From the NCBI GenBank assembly GCA_050115675.1, contig JASFQB010000002.1:132376-196375 (forward strand): a DNA stretch of 64,000 bases, in the 5' to 3' direction. Positions within the stretch are counted from its first letter, which is position 1. Every line of letters starts with the position of its first letter. Below are positions 28,514 to 36,832 of the stretch, one piece after another. The DNA comes from Candidatus Woesebacteria bacterium (lineage in GTDB: Bacteria > Patescibacteriota > Saccharimonadia > Saccharimonadales > EFPC-124). The position numbers and the translations under genes were made by a program. The notes below the pieces were generated by a model. That model was not told the DNA's origin, ran no database searches, and was given only the letters and a program-made list of their open reading frames with translations.

Positions 28514-29884
28514 ATGAACAAGAGTATAAAAAAGATTTCTACCCTAACCTTAATGCTGCTTACCATTGCGGCCATTGCTAACTTGCGTGGCCTGCCAAGC
28601 AATGCCGAACAAGGTATGCAGCTGATTTTTTACCTCGGCCTGGCAGCGGTATTGTTTTTAATCCCAACTGCGCTGGTGTCGGCCGAACTGGCCACCGGCT
28701 GGAAAGGCGGTATTTTTGATTGGGTCAAGCAAGCGTACGGCGATCGTTGGGGTTTTGTGGCTATTTGGTTGCAGTGGATTCAGAATGTGGTGTGGTATCC
28801 AACTGTTTTGGCGTTTTTGTCTGGCGCTTTAGCCTACTTTATCAACCCTAACCTCAGCTCAAACGGCCCGTTTATTGCCATTGTAATTTTGGTGGTTTAT
28901 TGGGGTTCAACCATTATTTCTCTTCGCGGTATTAAATTTGCCGCAATATTTAGTAATACTGGCGTGCTGCTTGGCACCTTGATTCCTGGTGCAATTATTA
29001 TTAGTTTGGGAATCCTATACTTTTTGCAAGGAAGGCCGCCGGCTATAGATATTAACGCCGCAGATATTATTCCAAAAGATATTTCGCTGCCTGTTATGGT
29101 GTTTTTGGTCGGTATGCTGCTTAACTATGCCGGCATTGAAATGAACGCCGTGCACGCTCGCGACATGAAAGATCCCAAAAAGAGCTTTCCGCTCGCAGTA
29201 TTTTTGGCAGCCTTCATTATTGTGTCGTTGTTCATTTTAGCTAGTCTGGCAATTGCGCTGGTTATTCCGGCCGACAAGCTCAGCTTAACCGCCGGCGTGA
29301 TTGACGCTTACAAAATATTCTTTGATGTTTACAATATTGGCTGGGCGGTTTACCCAATGGCAGTGCTGTTGGTGTTTGGTGTAATTGCCGCTGTTATTAC
29401 CTGGATTTCTGGTCCTAGCCGCGGTTTGCTACGAGTGAGCGAAGAAGGCTATTTGCCACGTGTGCTGCAAAAAGTTAATCGTCACGGTGTGCAAAATCGC
29501 ATTTTATTTGTTCAGGGTGTGATCGTGTCGCTACTAGCTCTGCTTTTTGCCTTCCTGCCAAATGTTTCCGGGAGCTATTGGCTGCTAACTGCTATGTCTG
29601 TTCAGTTGTACCTTTTAATGTATATTCTGATGTTCTTGACAGTATTTAAGCTACGAAAAACCCAACCTAACGTCAAAAGAGCTTACAAAGTTCCGGTACT
29701 AATTGCCATTGGTGGCATAGGCCTGTTTACGTCTATTGGCGGTTTTTTACTGGGCTTTGTGCCGCCAGACCTATGGACCGGCTCGACTATAGAATACATT
29801 GCAATCTTAATAGCCGGCATTGTTGCCTTGGGAGTTGGTCCATTCATCTTTTACGCTCTGCGTCGTCCTAGTTGGAAACGTTAG
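28514..29884 (+). CDS. gadC: Glutamate:GABA antiporter (APC superfamily)
   Basis: A 12-TM amino-acid permease starting 10 nt after gadB. The N-terminal pattern LLTIAAIANLRGLP...ALVSAELATGW is typical of GadC-type APC transporters. Confidence 0.75.
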   Translation: MNKSIKKISTLTLMLLTIAAIANLRGLPSNAEQGMQLIFYLGLAAVLFLIPTALVSAELATGWKGGIFDWVKQAYGDRWGFVAIWLQWIQNVVWYPTVLAFLSGALAYFINPNLSSNGPFIAIVILVVYWGSTIISLRGIKFAAIFSNTGVLLGTLIPGAIIISLGILYFLQGRPPAIDINAADIIPKDISLPVMVFLVGMLLNYAGIEMNAVHARDMKDPKKSFPLAVFLAAFIIVSLFILASLAIALVIPADKLSLTAGVIDAYKIFFDVYNIGWAVYPMAVLLVFGVIAAVITWISGPSRGLLRVSEEGYLPRVLQKVNRHGVQNRILFVQGVIVSLLALLFAFLPNVSGSYWLLTAMSVQLYLLMYILMFLTVFKLRKTQPNVKRAYKVPVLIAIGGIGLFTSIGGFLLGFVPPDLWTGSTIEYIAILIAGIVALGVGPFIFYALRRPSWKR

Positions 29885-30004
29885 ATTTCTTGTTTGCTGC
29901 TAGATTTAACGGGTAGTCTTTTTTGTGCTTGCTATACGACAAAGTGCTGAGCTATAATTTATTAAGTAATTCGCTACTTATCGAAAGTTGGTGTTTACTG
30001 TGTC

Positions 30005-30030
30005 TAAGCCTAAGCCTAAGCCTAAGCCTA
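30005..30030. repeat. Hexanucleotide microsatellite (TAAGCC)x4.3
   Basis: taagcctaagcctaagcctaagccta, read directly. Confidence 0.9.
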
Positions 30031-30267
30031 TCCGGAGGCATGGGGCGGGTTGTACTTGCAGTCATAGTGCAGCGCCTGGTCGGTCTAATCCATGGAACGG
30101 ATGCTTGCAGTGTGGTTGTAACTGCAAGGCGACATCTACGGGCAAGTGTCCTTGTTGTGGTGCGTAGACAGGCTCTATTGTTCATGGGAGACGGTTGGCA
30201 GGGTGCAAAGCCTGTGTTACGTCAATCGTCTCCACACCCTACTAGTGTTATCTGCGAGTATAGCGTT
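30031..30267 (+). ncRNA. Candidate structured RNA or structured 3' UTR (GC-rich, hairpin-dense, unassigned)
   Basis: GC-rich untranslated tract in AT-rich surroundings. Perfect 8-bp hairpin cttgcagt/actgcaag (30103-30128), with a second cttgcagt at 30053-30060 that could pair alternatively. 7-bp hairpin ggagacg/cgtctcc (30188-30233). Ends at a terminator. No RNase P, tmRNA or SRP signatures seen. Confidence 0.25.
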
Positions 30268-30302
30268 AAAAAATCCAAGATTCTTTGATCTTGGATTTTT
30301 TG
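30268..30302. terminator. Bidirectional rho-independent terminator
   Basis: aaaaaatccaaga-ttctttga-tcttggatttttt, with A-run and T-run on both sides. Confidence 0.75.
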
Positions 30303-30395
30303 TTAGATTTTTTGCGCTTTGCGCTTTGCAGCTTTTAGCTTCTTTTTGCGGGCGCGCTTAATGTCGGCACTGTGCCAATTGCGATGTTTTGCCAT
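30303..30395 (-). CDS. 30-aa highly basic protein (below the ORF-track cutoff)
   Basis: MAKHRNWHSADIKRARKKKLKAAKRKAQKI. AAAGGAAG lies 5 nt upstream of the ATG at 30395. The stop abuts the terminator. Confidence 0.45.
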   Translation of the reverse strand: MAKHRNWHSADIKRARKKKLKAAKRKAQKI

Positions 30396-30652
30396 ATTTA
30401 CTTCCTTTGTATTGCTACAATTATACCATATAGATGCCAATCGATTAAATAGCATTGTTGATGGGATAGGTGTTTGTGTGTACTAATGGGGCGCAAATAG
30501 TGTCTCATCCAATACTGTGTTCCTGATAAAGCGTTTTTTATTTGGCGTATTCGAAAGTAAATTTGTTTATTTCTTATAGGCATTGCAGATTACATGATGT
30601 ATATTAGTATTAAGTCTATTGTAGAGTTTGAATTGCAATTCAGGGAGGTAAT

Positions 30653-30922
30653 ATGAAGGTTCTAAAATTTGGTGCTGTGTGGTGTAATGGCTGTGTGGTT
30701 ATGAAGCCGCGTTGGGGTCAGCTAGAAAAAGAATTTCCATGGTTGCAAACCGAATTTTACGATTATGATCGCGATAAAGACATGGTTAGAAAATACAATG
30801 TCACTGACGAGCTGCCAATGGTAGTATTTTTAGATAAGCAAGGCAACGAGTTTTTGCGCATAAGCGGCGAAATTAGCAAAGAGAAGATCGTCGAAATTAT
30901 TTTGGCAAATAAGGATAAATAG
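30653..30922 (+). CDS. Thioredoxin-fold protein
   Basis: FGAVWCNGCVVMKP (WCxxC), 89 aa, GGGAGG RBS. Confidence 0.7.
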   Translation: MKVLKFGAVWCNGCVVMKPRWGQLEKEFPWLQTEFYDYDRDKDMVRKYNVTDELPMVVFLDKQGNEFLRISGEISKEKIVEIILANKDK

Positions 30923-30923
30923 A

Positions 30924-32165
30924 ATGCTTAAAATTAAAACTATTTTGGTTTCGTCTGTTGTAGCCTTGTTTGCATTTTTATTTTTGCTAGTGCCGCAAGG
31001 CGTAAACGCTGCAGAGGATACAACTAGCGGTGTAAATATCTATTTGTTTTGGGGTCAAGGTTGTCCGCACTGCGCTAAAGCCAAGCCATTTTTAGAGGAG
31101 TTAGATAAAAACTCGGACAAGATACATCTGTATACTTATGAGGTTTATTACAACTCGCAAAATCAAAAGTTATTTCAGGAAGTCGGGCGAATGTTTAATG
31201 CTTCTTCTGGTGTGCCGTTGATCGTTATTGGGGATAGGACTTTTGTCGGTTATTCTGAGTTGTCTGCGGATGACATAAAAGCGCGCGCAGAAGCTTGCGC
31301 AGAAAGTGTAACTTGTTCTGATAGTGTGGCAAGTGTTGTTGGCGCTCCTAGCGTTTCAAATTCTAACCCGTCGACTGTGGGTCAGGTTGATCAGCAGGAT
31401 TCGGTTGCCGATTATAGTAATAGCGTAAATTTGCCAATATTTGGCGAGATTAGCGTAAGTGACTTTTCTTTGCCTTTGCTTACTGTAGTAATTGCGGCGC
31501 TTGATGGCTTTAATCCGTGTGCGATGTGGGTTTTGCTATTTTTGATAAGCGTACTTTTGGGTATGAATAATCGCAAACGCATGTGGGCACTGGGCGGTTC
31601 GTTTATTGTTGCGTCTGCATTTGTTTACTTTATGTTTTTGACAGCATGGCTGAATATTTTCATGTTTATAGGGGTCGTGTCTTGGGTTAAGGTTTTAATT
31701 GGCATAGTTGCTGTGGCGGCTGGGGGTTATTATCTTTACGATTTTTGTTACAACAAAGCAGGAAGCTGTAAGGTTGCTGGGGGTGGTAGGCGCGAAAAAA
31801 TATTTGCTAAAATTCGTCACATTGCGCACGAAAAAAGTTTTTGGCTGGCAGCAGTCGGAATAGTCAGTTTGGCTTTTGCTGTAAATTTGATTGAGCTAGT
31901 GTGTAGCGCAGGGTTGCCCGCAGTTTATACAAGCATTTTAAGTGGCGCCAACTTGCCAACGTGGCAATACTACGGCTACATATTTTTGTATATGTTGATA
32001 TTTATGGCAGACGATTTGTTTGTGTTTTTTGTGGCAATGTTTACTCTGCAAGTAACTGGGGTTCAAACTAAATATGCCAGGTTCGCACATCTTATAGGTG
32101 GGATTTTAATGCTAATATTGGGAGTGTTATTAATATTCGCACCTCAGCTTTTAATGTTTGGTTAG
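30924..32165 (+). CDS. Exported thioredoxin/glutaredoxin-fold domain fused to a DsbD/CcdA-like membrane domain
   Basis: Signal anchor, FWGQGCPHCAKAKPFL (CxxC). The C-terminal 6-TM part has the ALDGFNPCAMWVLLFL motif, typical of thiol-disulfide electron-transfer membrane proteins. Confidence 0.6.
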   Translation: MLKIKTILVSSVVALFAFLFLLVPQGVNAAEDTTSGVNIYLFWGQGCPHCAKAKPFLEELDKNSDKIHLYTYEVYYNSQNQKLFQEVGRMFNASSGVPLIVIGDRTFVGYSELSADDIKARAEACAESVTCSDSVASVVGAPSVSNSNPSTVGQVDQQDSVADYSNSVNLPIFGEISVSDFSLPLLTVVIAALDGFNPCAMWVLLFLISVLLGMNNRKRMWALGGSFIVASAFVYFMFLTAWLNIFMFIGVVSWVKVLIGIVAVAAGGYYLYDFCYNKAGSCKVAGGGRREKIFAKIRHIAHEKSFWLAAVGIVSLAFAVNLIELVCSAGLPAVYTSILSGANLPTWQYYGYIFLYMLIFMADDLFVFFVAMFTLQVTGVQTKYARFAHLIGGILMLILGVLLIFAPQLLMFG

Positions 32166-32169
32166 TAGT

Positions 32170-32598
32170 ATGAATAAAAGATGTATAGTTGTAATTGCTT
32201 TTTTGGTCATTGGGGCTGTTGCAGTAGTCGCTATTATTGCAAATCAGTCTTCTTGTAATGCCCAGTCTTGCGATTGGCAAGCTGTCGCTGTGGCAGAGGG
32301 GACTGAGATAGAAGCTATCAACGATGACTTAGATTCTGGAGCCTTGCTAGTAGATGTGCGTGCGGCTGAAGAGTTCGCCAAATCTCATGCCTCGAGAGCG
32401 ATAAATCTGCCTTATGATCAGATTATATCTGGCAAGTATCCAACTCAAAATAAAACCACAAAAATTTATTTGTATTGTCACAGCGGGAAGCGTGCAGAAG
32501 CTGCTTTAAATGCGCTAAAACAAGCCGGCTACACGGATGCGAGTAGTCTAATTAGTCTTGACAATTGGCAAAAACTTGGTGGAGAAGTTGTCTGGTAG
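32170..32598 (+). CDS. Membrane-anchored rhodanese-domain sulfurtransferase
   Basis: N-terminal TM. The active-site loop YCHSGKRA (CxxGxR) sits in a rhodanese-like context (LVDVRAAEEF...INLP). Confidence 0.7.
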   Translation: MNKRCIVVIAFLVIGAVAVVAIIANQSSCNAQSCDWQAVAVAEGTEIEAINDDLDSGALLVDVRAAEEFAKSHASRAINLPYDQIISGKYPTQNKTTKIYLYCHSGKRAEAALNALKQAGYTDASSLISLDNWQKLGGEVVW

Positions 32599-32643
32599 TT
32601 GCTTAATATAGATACATTCTATTGCATCTGGCGACTGCAGTAA

Positions 32644-33282
32644 TTAGCTATCCATGAGAGCCAGTTCTGTAACTGTCTCTCCGCCAAAGATGCGTAGTCG
32701 TAAAAAGAATAGCCGCGCAAAGACAACGTGTATATGCAGAGTAATATATAGCATGACGCTTGCTATTGCGCTAATAGAAAAGCCAAACATTCCGCCAACA
32801 CTTTCTACGCCAATACGCCACAGCAACAGACAAAAAGGTGCTGCAATGTAGATATTAAATAGGAGGTATATGGTCCAGGTGGTTAATATTGCTATGCGGA
32901 CAAAAAAACGCTGTAGCCTTGCTTGACGCATGTATGTGGTATCTGATCGAGCGGTCCATAATGTTGTAAAAAACTGCCTTAGAATGTGCGTTGTAAGGTA
33001 GGCAATCGTGCTGATCGTTAGCGCAAACGCAAGTACGATTGTGCCATAAAAAAATGGATTAGCGGATATGGAGTCTTCTAGATCTTGTAGGCTGCTAGAC
33101 GATCTCTCCAGTACTGTAACTATACCGAGCTTACCGTAAAAAAAGTCAAATAGTTCTGGCATGGCTGCAAAATAGGGCCAGTCTATAGCAATAATAGTAA
33201 TGAGTGTGACAAGCGCTGTAAAAGAAAAACTGAACCACGAGGGTTGTAGTACAATTAGCGCTATCTTTATTTCTCTCTTCAT
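32644..33282 (-). CDS. Integral membrane protein, unknown function
   Basis: Five predicted TM helices. No motif recognised. Confidence 0.45.
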   Translation of the reverse strand: MKREIKIALIVLQPSWFSFSFTALVTLITIIAIDWPYFAAMPELFDFFYGKLGIVTVLERSSSSLQDLEDSISANPFFYGTIVLAFALTISTIAYLTTHILRQFFTTLWTARSDTTYMRQARLQRFFVRIAILTTWTIYLLFNIYIAAPFCLLLWRIGVESVGGMFGFSISAIASVMLYITLHIHVVFARLFFLRLRIFGGETVTELALMDS

Positions 33283-33397
33283 TACTCTAATTTAAGCAAG
33301 AAGTTAATTTAAGCACAAGCACTATTGACTTGGAACTTACTGATAAATAGAATAGTAAGCAGTAGTGGTAAGAAAATAATAAGAAAAGAAGGGCGAA

Positions 33398-34984
33398 ATG
33401 CTATATAAAAAAAGACGTGCAAGTTTCTCGTTAAGCGCGGTAGTAATGTCGAGTGTTTTGTTGGCAATAGCATTGCCAATGCACTCTGCGGGGGCGGCAC
33501 GTTTGGCTAGCTGTGCCGTTCCTTCTATTAATTATGGCACTGCTACTATGCAGCTTAATGTTAGCGAAGCTGGCGATTACAAGATCTGGACTCATATGTA
33601 TGCGCCAGACTCAACTAACGATTCATTTATGCTTGAGCTGGATGGAAACAGTTGTTTTGTGGTTGGTAATGGCGGCGTACAGAATGGTGCCTGGGCTTGG
33701 GTTGGGCACAAGGACGGCAACACTACAAATTATGTCACTGCCACCCTCTCTAGTGGTAACCATACGATAAAACTTATTGGCAGTGAGCCTGGAGTCAAAA
33801 TTGACCGCGTTTTGGCATCTGCCGACCAGAGCTGCGTGCCTACTGGTACGGGCGATAACTGCATGACTGTCTCTGACACTACAAAGCCAGTGGTTAATAT
33901 AACCTCGCCCGAGGATGCCGCTGCCGTTAAGGGCGTTGTGACTATAAAGGCCGATGCTACAGACGATACAGGTATCGCCAAGGTGGAGTTTTACGTACAG
34001 GGCAATTTAGTGAGTACGGTCACTTCTAGTCCATACGAATATAGCTGGGATACTTCTGAACTGGTAAACCAGATATATACTGTAACTACCAAGGCCTACG
34101 ATGCTGAGGGCAATGTCAGCAGTGACTCAATAACTCTTGCCCTAGAAAATGAAACCGCACAAACCGTTAGTGCGGCATCGAACCTGACATCAGTAGCGAC
34201 GTCTACTAACAGTGTTGAGCTAAAATGGGATGGAAGCGCAGAAGCAGTCTCTTACCGAGTAGCTCGCAACGGCGTTGTTATCGTAACGACAAATCAGACT
34301 ACATACACTGACAACACCGCAGTATCCGGCGAAACCTATGAATATACTGTTGTTGCTGTAGGGATTAATGGTGAGGTGTCTGATTCTTCGAGTGTCTCTC
34401 AGGTTACAATGCCAACCCCGCCGGCCGGTGACACTGTAGTGCCAACTACGCCAGCCGATCTGACGGTAGCCGCTCAGGGTACCAATCAGATAAATCTAAG
34501 CTGGACGGCCAGCACCGATGATGTGGGCATTAGCGGCTACGATATCTACCGGAACTCGGACGAGGACAAAACCTTCAGAAAGGTTGCTACAACTACAGAA
34601 ACAAGCTATGGCGACAGCGATGTTTATGACAATACGACATTCACCTATTACATCATTGCCAATGATGCGGCTGGTAATGCTAGCGAACCATCGGCTCAGT
34701 CTGCGGCAACTACCCCGTCGATTCGTAGTAGAAATGTAAGTTCCGTGAGGGGCACAATACACGATTCACATGGTAAGCCTATTGCTGGAGCTAGAGTTGC
34801 GGTATGGGTTGGGTCGCGACGCTACCATGCAACCACCAACTGGCGCGGGCGCTATGTAATCACGAATGTACCTTCTGGTAAGTATGAGGTTTCCTTTGGT
34901 AAGGGCGGTTACGAGCGGACATCGAGCTATGTAAGCTTGAGATCGCATCTAACTCGTTGGCTAGACGCCAAACTAAGGTATTAA
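33398..34984 (+). CDS. Secreted multidomain surface protein (CBM-like, Ig-like, 2x FN3, CarboxypepD_reg-like)
   Basis: Signal peptide. CBM-like GDYKIWTHMYAPDSTNDSFMLELDG. Ig-like TKPVVNITSP...VKGVVTIKADATDDTGIAKVEFYV. Two FN3-like units (LTSVATSTNSVELKWDG; LTVAAQGTNQINLSWTAS). C-terminal GKPIAGARVAVW...TTNWRGRYVITNVPSGKYEV. Confidence 0.65.
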   Translation: MLYKKRRASFSLSAVVMSSVLLAIALPMHSAGAARLASCAVPSINYGTATMQLNVSEAGDYKIWTHMYAPDSTNDSFMLELDGNSCFVVGNGGVQNGAWAWVGHKDGNTTNYVTATLSSGNHTIKLIGSEPGVKIDRVLASADQSCVPTGTGDNCMTVSDTTKPVVNITSPEDAAAVKGVVTIKADATDDTGIAKVEFYVQGNLVSTVTSSPYEYSWDTSELVNQIYTVTTKAYDAEGNVSSDSITLALENETAQTVSAASNLTSVATSTNSVELKWDGSAEAVSYRVARNGVVIVTTNQTTYTDNTAVSGETYEYTVVAVGINGEVSDSSSVSQVTMPTPPAGDTVVPTTPADLTVAAQGTNQINLSWTASTDDVGISGYDIYRNSDEDKTFRKVATTTETSYGDSDVYDNTTFTYYIIANDAAGNASEPSAQSAATTPSIRSRNVSSVRGTIHDSHGKPIAGARVAVWVGSRRYHATTNWRGRYVITNVPSGKYEVSFGKGGYERTSSYVSLRSHLTRWLDAKLRY

Positions 34985-34997
34985 AAAGGCAAGGGAT

Positions 34998-35456
34998 ATG
35001 GAAGACAAAACTATGCAATCACCTCAAATGTCAATGCAAGAGCAGTCTAAGGCCCCAGGTAAAAACCCGTTGCGCGTGGCGCTACTTATCGCGGTTATAA
35101 TAGTCGCGATAGCCAGTATTATTGCACTGGCGTATGTAATAGTGAATTTTAATGGCGTTGAGACAGTGACTGACGAAACCTTTGGCACGGTTACCATAAC
35201 AGACGATGGCACCACCCCTTCTGCTATAACTATAAAGAGCGGTGAAAGTGTGACTTGGATCAATGATAGTTCTAGTTCTCATTCTTTAGAGATAACATCA
35301 CCAAATATTCCTAGGGAGCTTGAAGGGTTTGGTAGTGACGAACCCATTTTGCAGGAAGAGTCCTATAGTTTTATTTTCGAAGCTGCAGGTACTTTTACTT
35401 ATGATGATCCAAGTAACCCTAGCCTTATTCAGGGAACTATAGTTGTTGAAGAGTAA
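34998..35456 (+). CDS. Membrane-anchored cupredoxin-like small protein
   Basis: TM anchor, then ITIKSGESVTWINDSSSSHSLE...GTFTYDDPSNPSLIQGTIVV (cupredoxin-like beta-sandwich pattern). Confidence 0.45.
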   Translation: MEDKTMQSPQMSMQEQSKAPGKNPLRVALLIAVIIVAIASIIALAYVIVNFNGVETVTDETFGTVTITDDGTTPSAITIKSGESVTWINDSSSSHSLEITSPNIPRELEGFGSDEPILQEESYSFIFEAAGTFTYDDPSNPSLIQGTIVVEE

Positions 35457-35727
35457 AAAAATAAAGGAAAGGCTAGGATAGTATCTTGAATATCATAAAA
35501 AGGTTCCTTACCTATATCAGGCACAACCCATTAGAATCAGCTGCAGCTTTGAGTGTATTTGTGGCTCTTGTTTTGGGAGGTATTGTATTTGTTGCTAGTC
35601 GAGCGGCTTCGTTTTATGCCTATGCGGATGCTTCGCAGGCTAGCGTGGCAGATGGTGCAGAAATTGTCTCGGACTCTTCTGCTATTGGCGGCAAAGCAAT
35701 TCAGTTTGCTAGTGCCTCTACTCAGCC
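35445..35727 (+). repeat. 283-bp direct repeat, copy 1 (RBS, TTG start and first 78 codons of the GH46 gene)
   Basis: No mismatch found on reading against 36550-36832 (offset 1105). The copy starts in the last 12 nt of the cupredoxin-like gene (gttgaagagtaa). Confidence 0.9.
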
Positions 35728-36466
35728 AAGTAATAATGATAATGATAATGATACGGTTGATTTGAGTGACCCGGTTAAAAAAGATATTGCAATGCAGTTG
35801 GTATCGAGTGCAGAAAATTCTTCGCTTGATTGGAAAGCACAATATTCATACATTGAAGACATTGGAGACGGACGTGGTTACACAGCAGGCATCGTTGGGT
35901 TCTGTACTGGATGTGGCGACCTGCTCAAGGTTGTAGAAGTATATGACGGTCTTTCTCCGAATAACGTTCTAAGTAAGTACATTCCTGCTCTTAGAAAAAT
36001 TGGTAGCTGGGACGATACGCATGATGGCCTTGATCCTAACTTTACTAAGGACTGGAAAACTGCTGCGAATGATGAGAAGTTTCGGCAAGCACAGGACATA
36101 GAACGCGATCGAGTATATTTTGATCCCGCTGTCGAGCAGGGTAAAGCTGATGGCTTACGCGCTTTAGGCCAGTTTATATATTATGACGCGCTTGTTATGC
36201 ATGGCCCAGGAGATGACTCGGTCAGCTTCGGCGGTATCCGTGCTACAGCCATGAAAAAAGCGAAAACACCAGCACAAGGTGGCGATGAAGCGACTTATCT
36301 TAATGCCTTTTTAGACGCTCGCGCTGCAGCTATGCGTACCGAGGAAGCCCATAGCGACACTACCCGTGTAGATACCGAACAACGTGTCTTTTTAGATGAC
36401 GGCAACTTCAACTTAGACACACCGCTTAGCTGGAAGGTATACGGTGACAGCTATTCTATTAAGTAA
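35486..36466 (+). CDS. GH46 chitosanase (Streptomyces CsnA-like)
   Basis: VSSAENSSLDWKAQYSYIEDIGDGRGYTAGIVGFC, ERDRVYFDPAV, LRALGQFIYYDALVMHGPG and AHSDTTRVDTEQRVFL are collinear with actinobacterial GH46. TTG start. Confidence 0.85.
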   Translation: MNIIKRFLTYIRHNPLESAAALSVFVALVLGGIVFVASRAASFYAYADASQASVADGAEIVSDSSAIGGKAIQFASASTQPSNNDNDNDTVDLSDPVKKDIAMQLVSSAENSSLDWKAQYSYIEDIGDGRGYTAGIVGFCTGCGDLLKVVEVYDGLSPNNVLSKYIPALRKIGSWDDTHDGLDPNFTKDWKTAANDEKFRQAQDIERDRVYFDPAVEQGKADGLRALGQFIYYDALVMHGPGDDSVSFGGIRATAMKKAKTPAQGGDEATYLNAFLDARAAAMRTEEAHSDTTRVDTEQRVFLDDGNFNLDTPLSWKVYGDSYSIK

Positions 36467-36549
36467 GGTACAAAACTAAAATTGACATATATTATTGAAA
36501 GCTGTAGTTTTTATTGGAGTAGGGCTTGCCTCTTTAGCGGTCGGATCGG

Positions 36550-36832
36550 GTTGAAGAGTAAAAAAATAAAGGAAAGGCTAGGATAGTATCTTGAATATCA
36601 TAAAAAGGTTCCTTACCTATATCAGGCACAACCCATTAGAATCAGCTGCAGCTTTGAGTGTATTTGTGGCTCTTGTTTTGGGAGGTATTGTATTTGTTGC
36701 TAGTCGAGCGGCTTCGTTTTATGCCTATGCGGATGCTTCGCAGGCTAGCGTGGCAGATGGTGCAGAAATTGTCTCGGACTCTTCTGCTATTGGCGGCAAA
36801 GCAATTCAGTTTGCTAGTGCCTCTATCCAGCC
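36550..36832 (+). repeat. 283-bp direct repeat, copy 2 (5' module of the GH18 gene)
   Basis: See copy 1. This copy retains the orphan gttgaagagtaa remnant of the cupredoxin gene end. Confidence 0.9.

Noticed and set aside
29923-30288. ORFs 29923..30288 (+), 29952..30185 (-) and 30146..30361 (+) as protein genes
   Set aside because: Their translations are low-complexity (LSLSLSLS and RLRLRLRL from the hexamer repeat). There is no RBS, and they overlap one another in a GC-rich structured tract.
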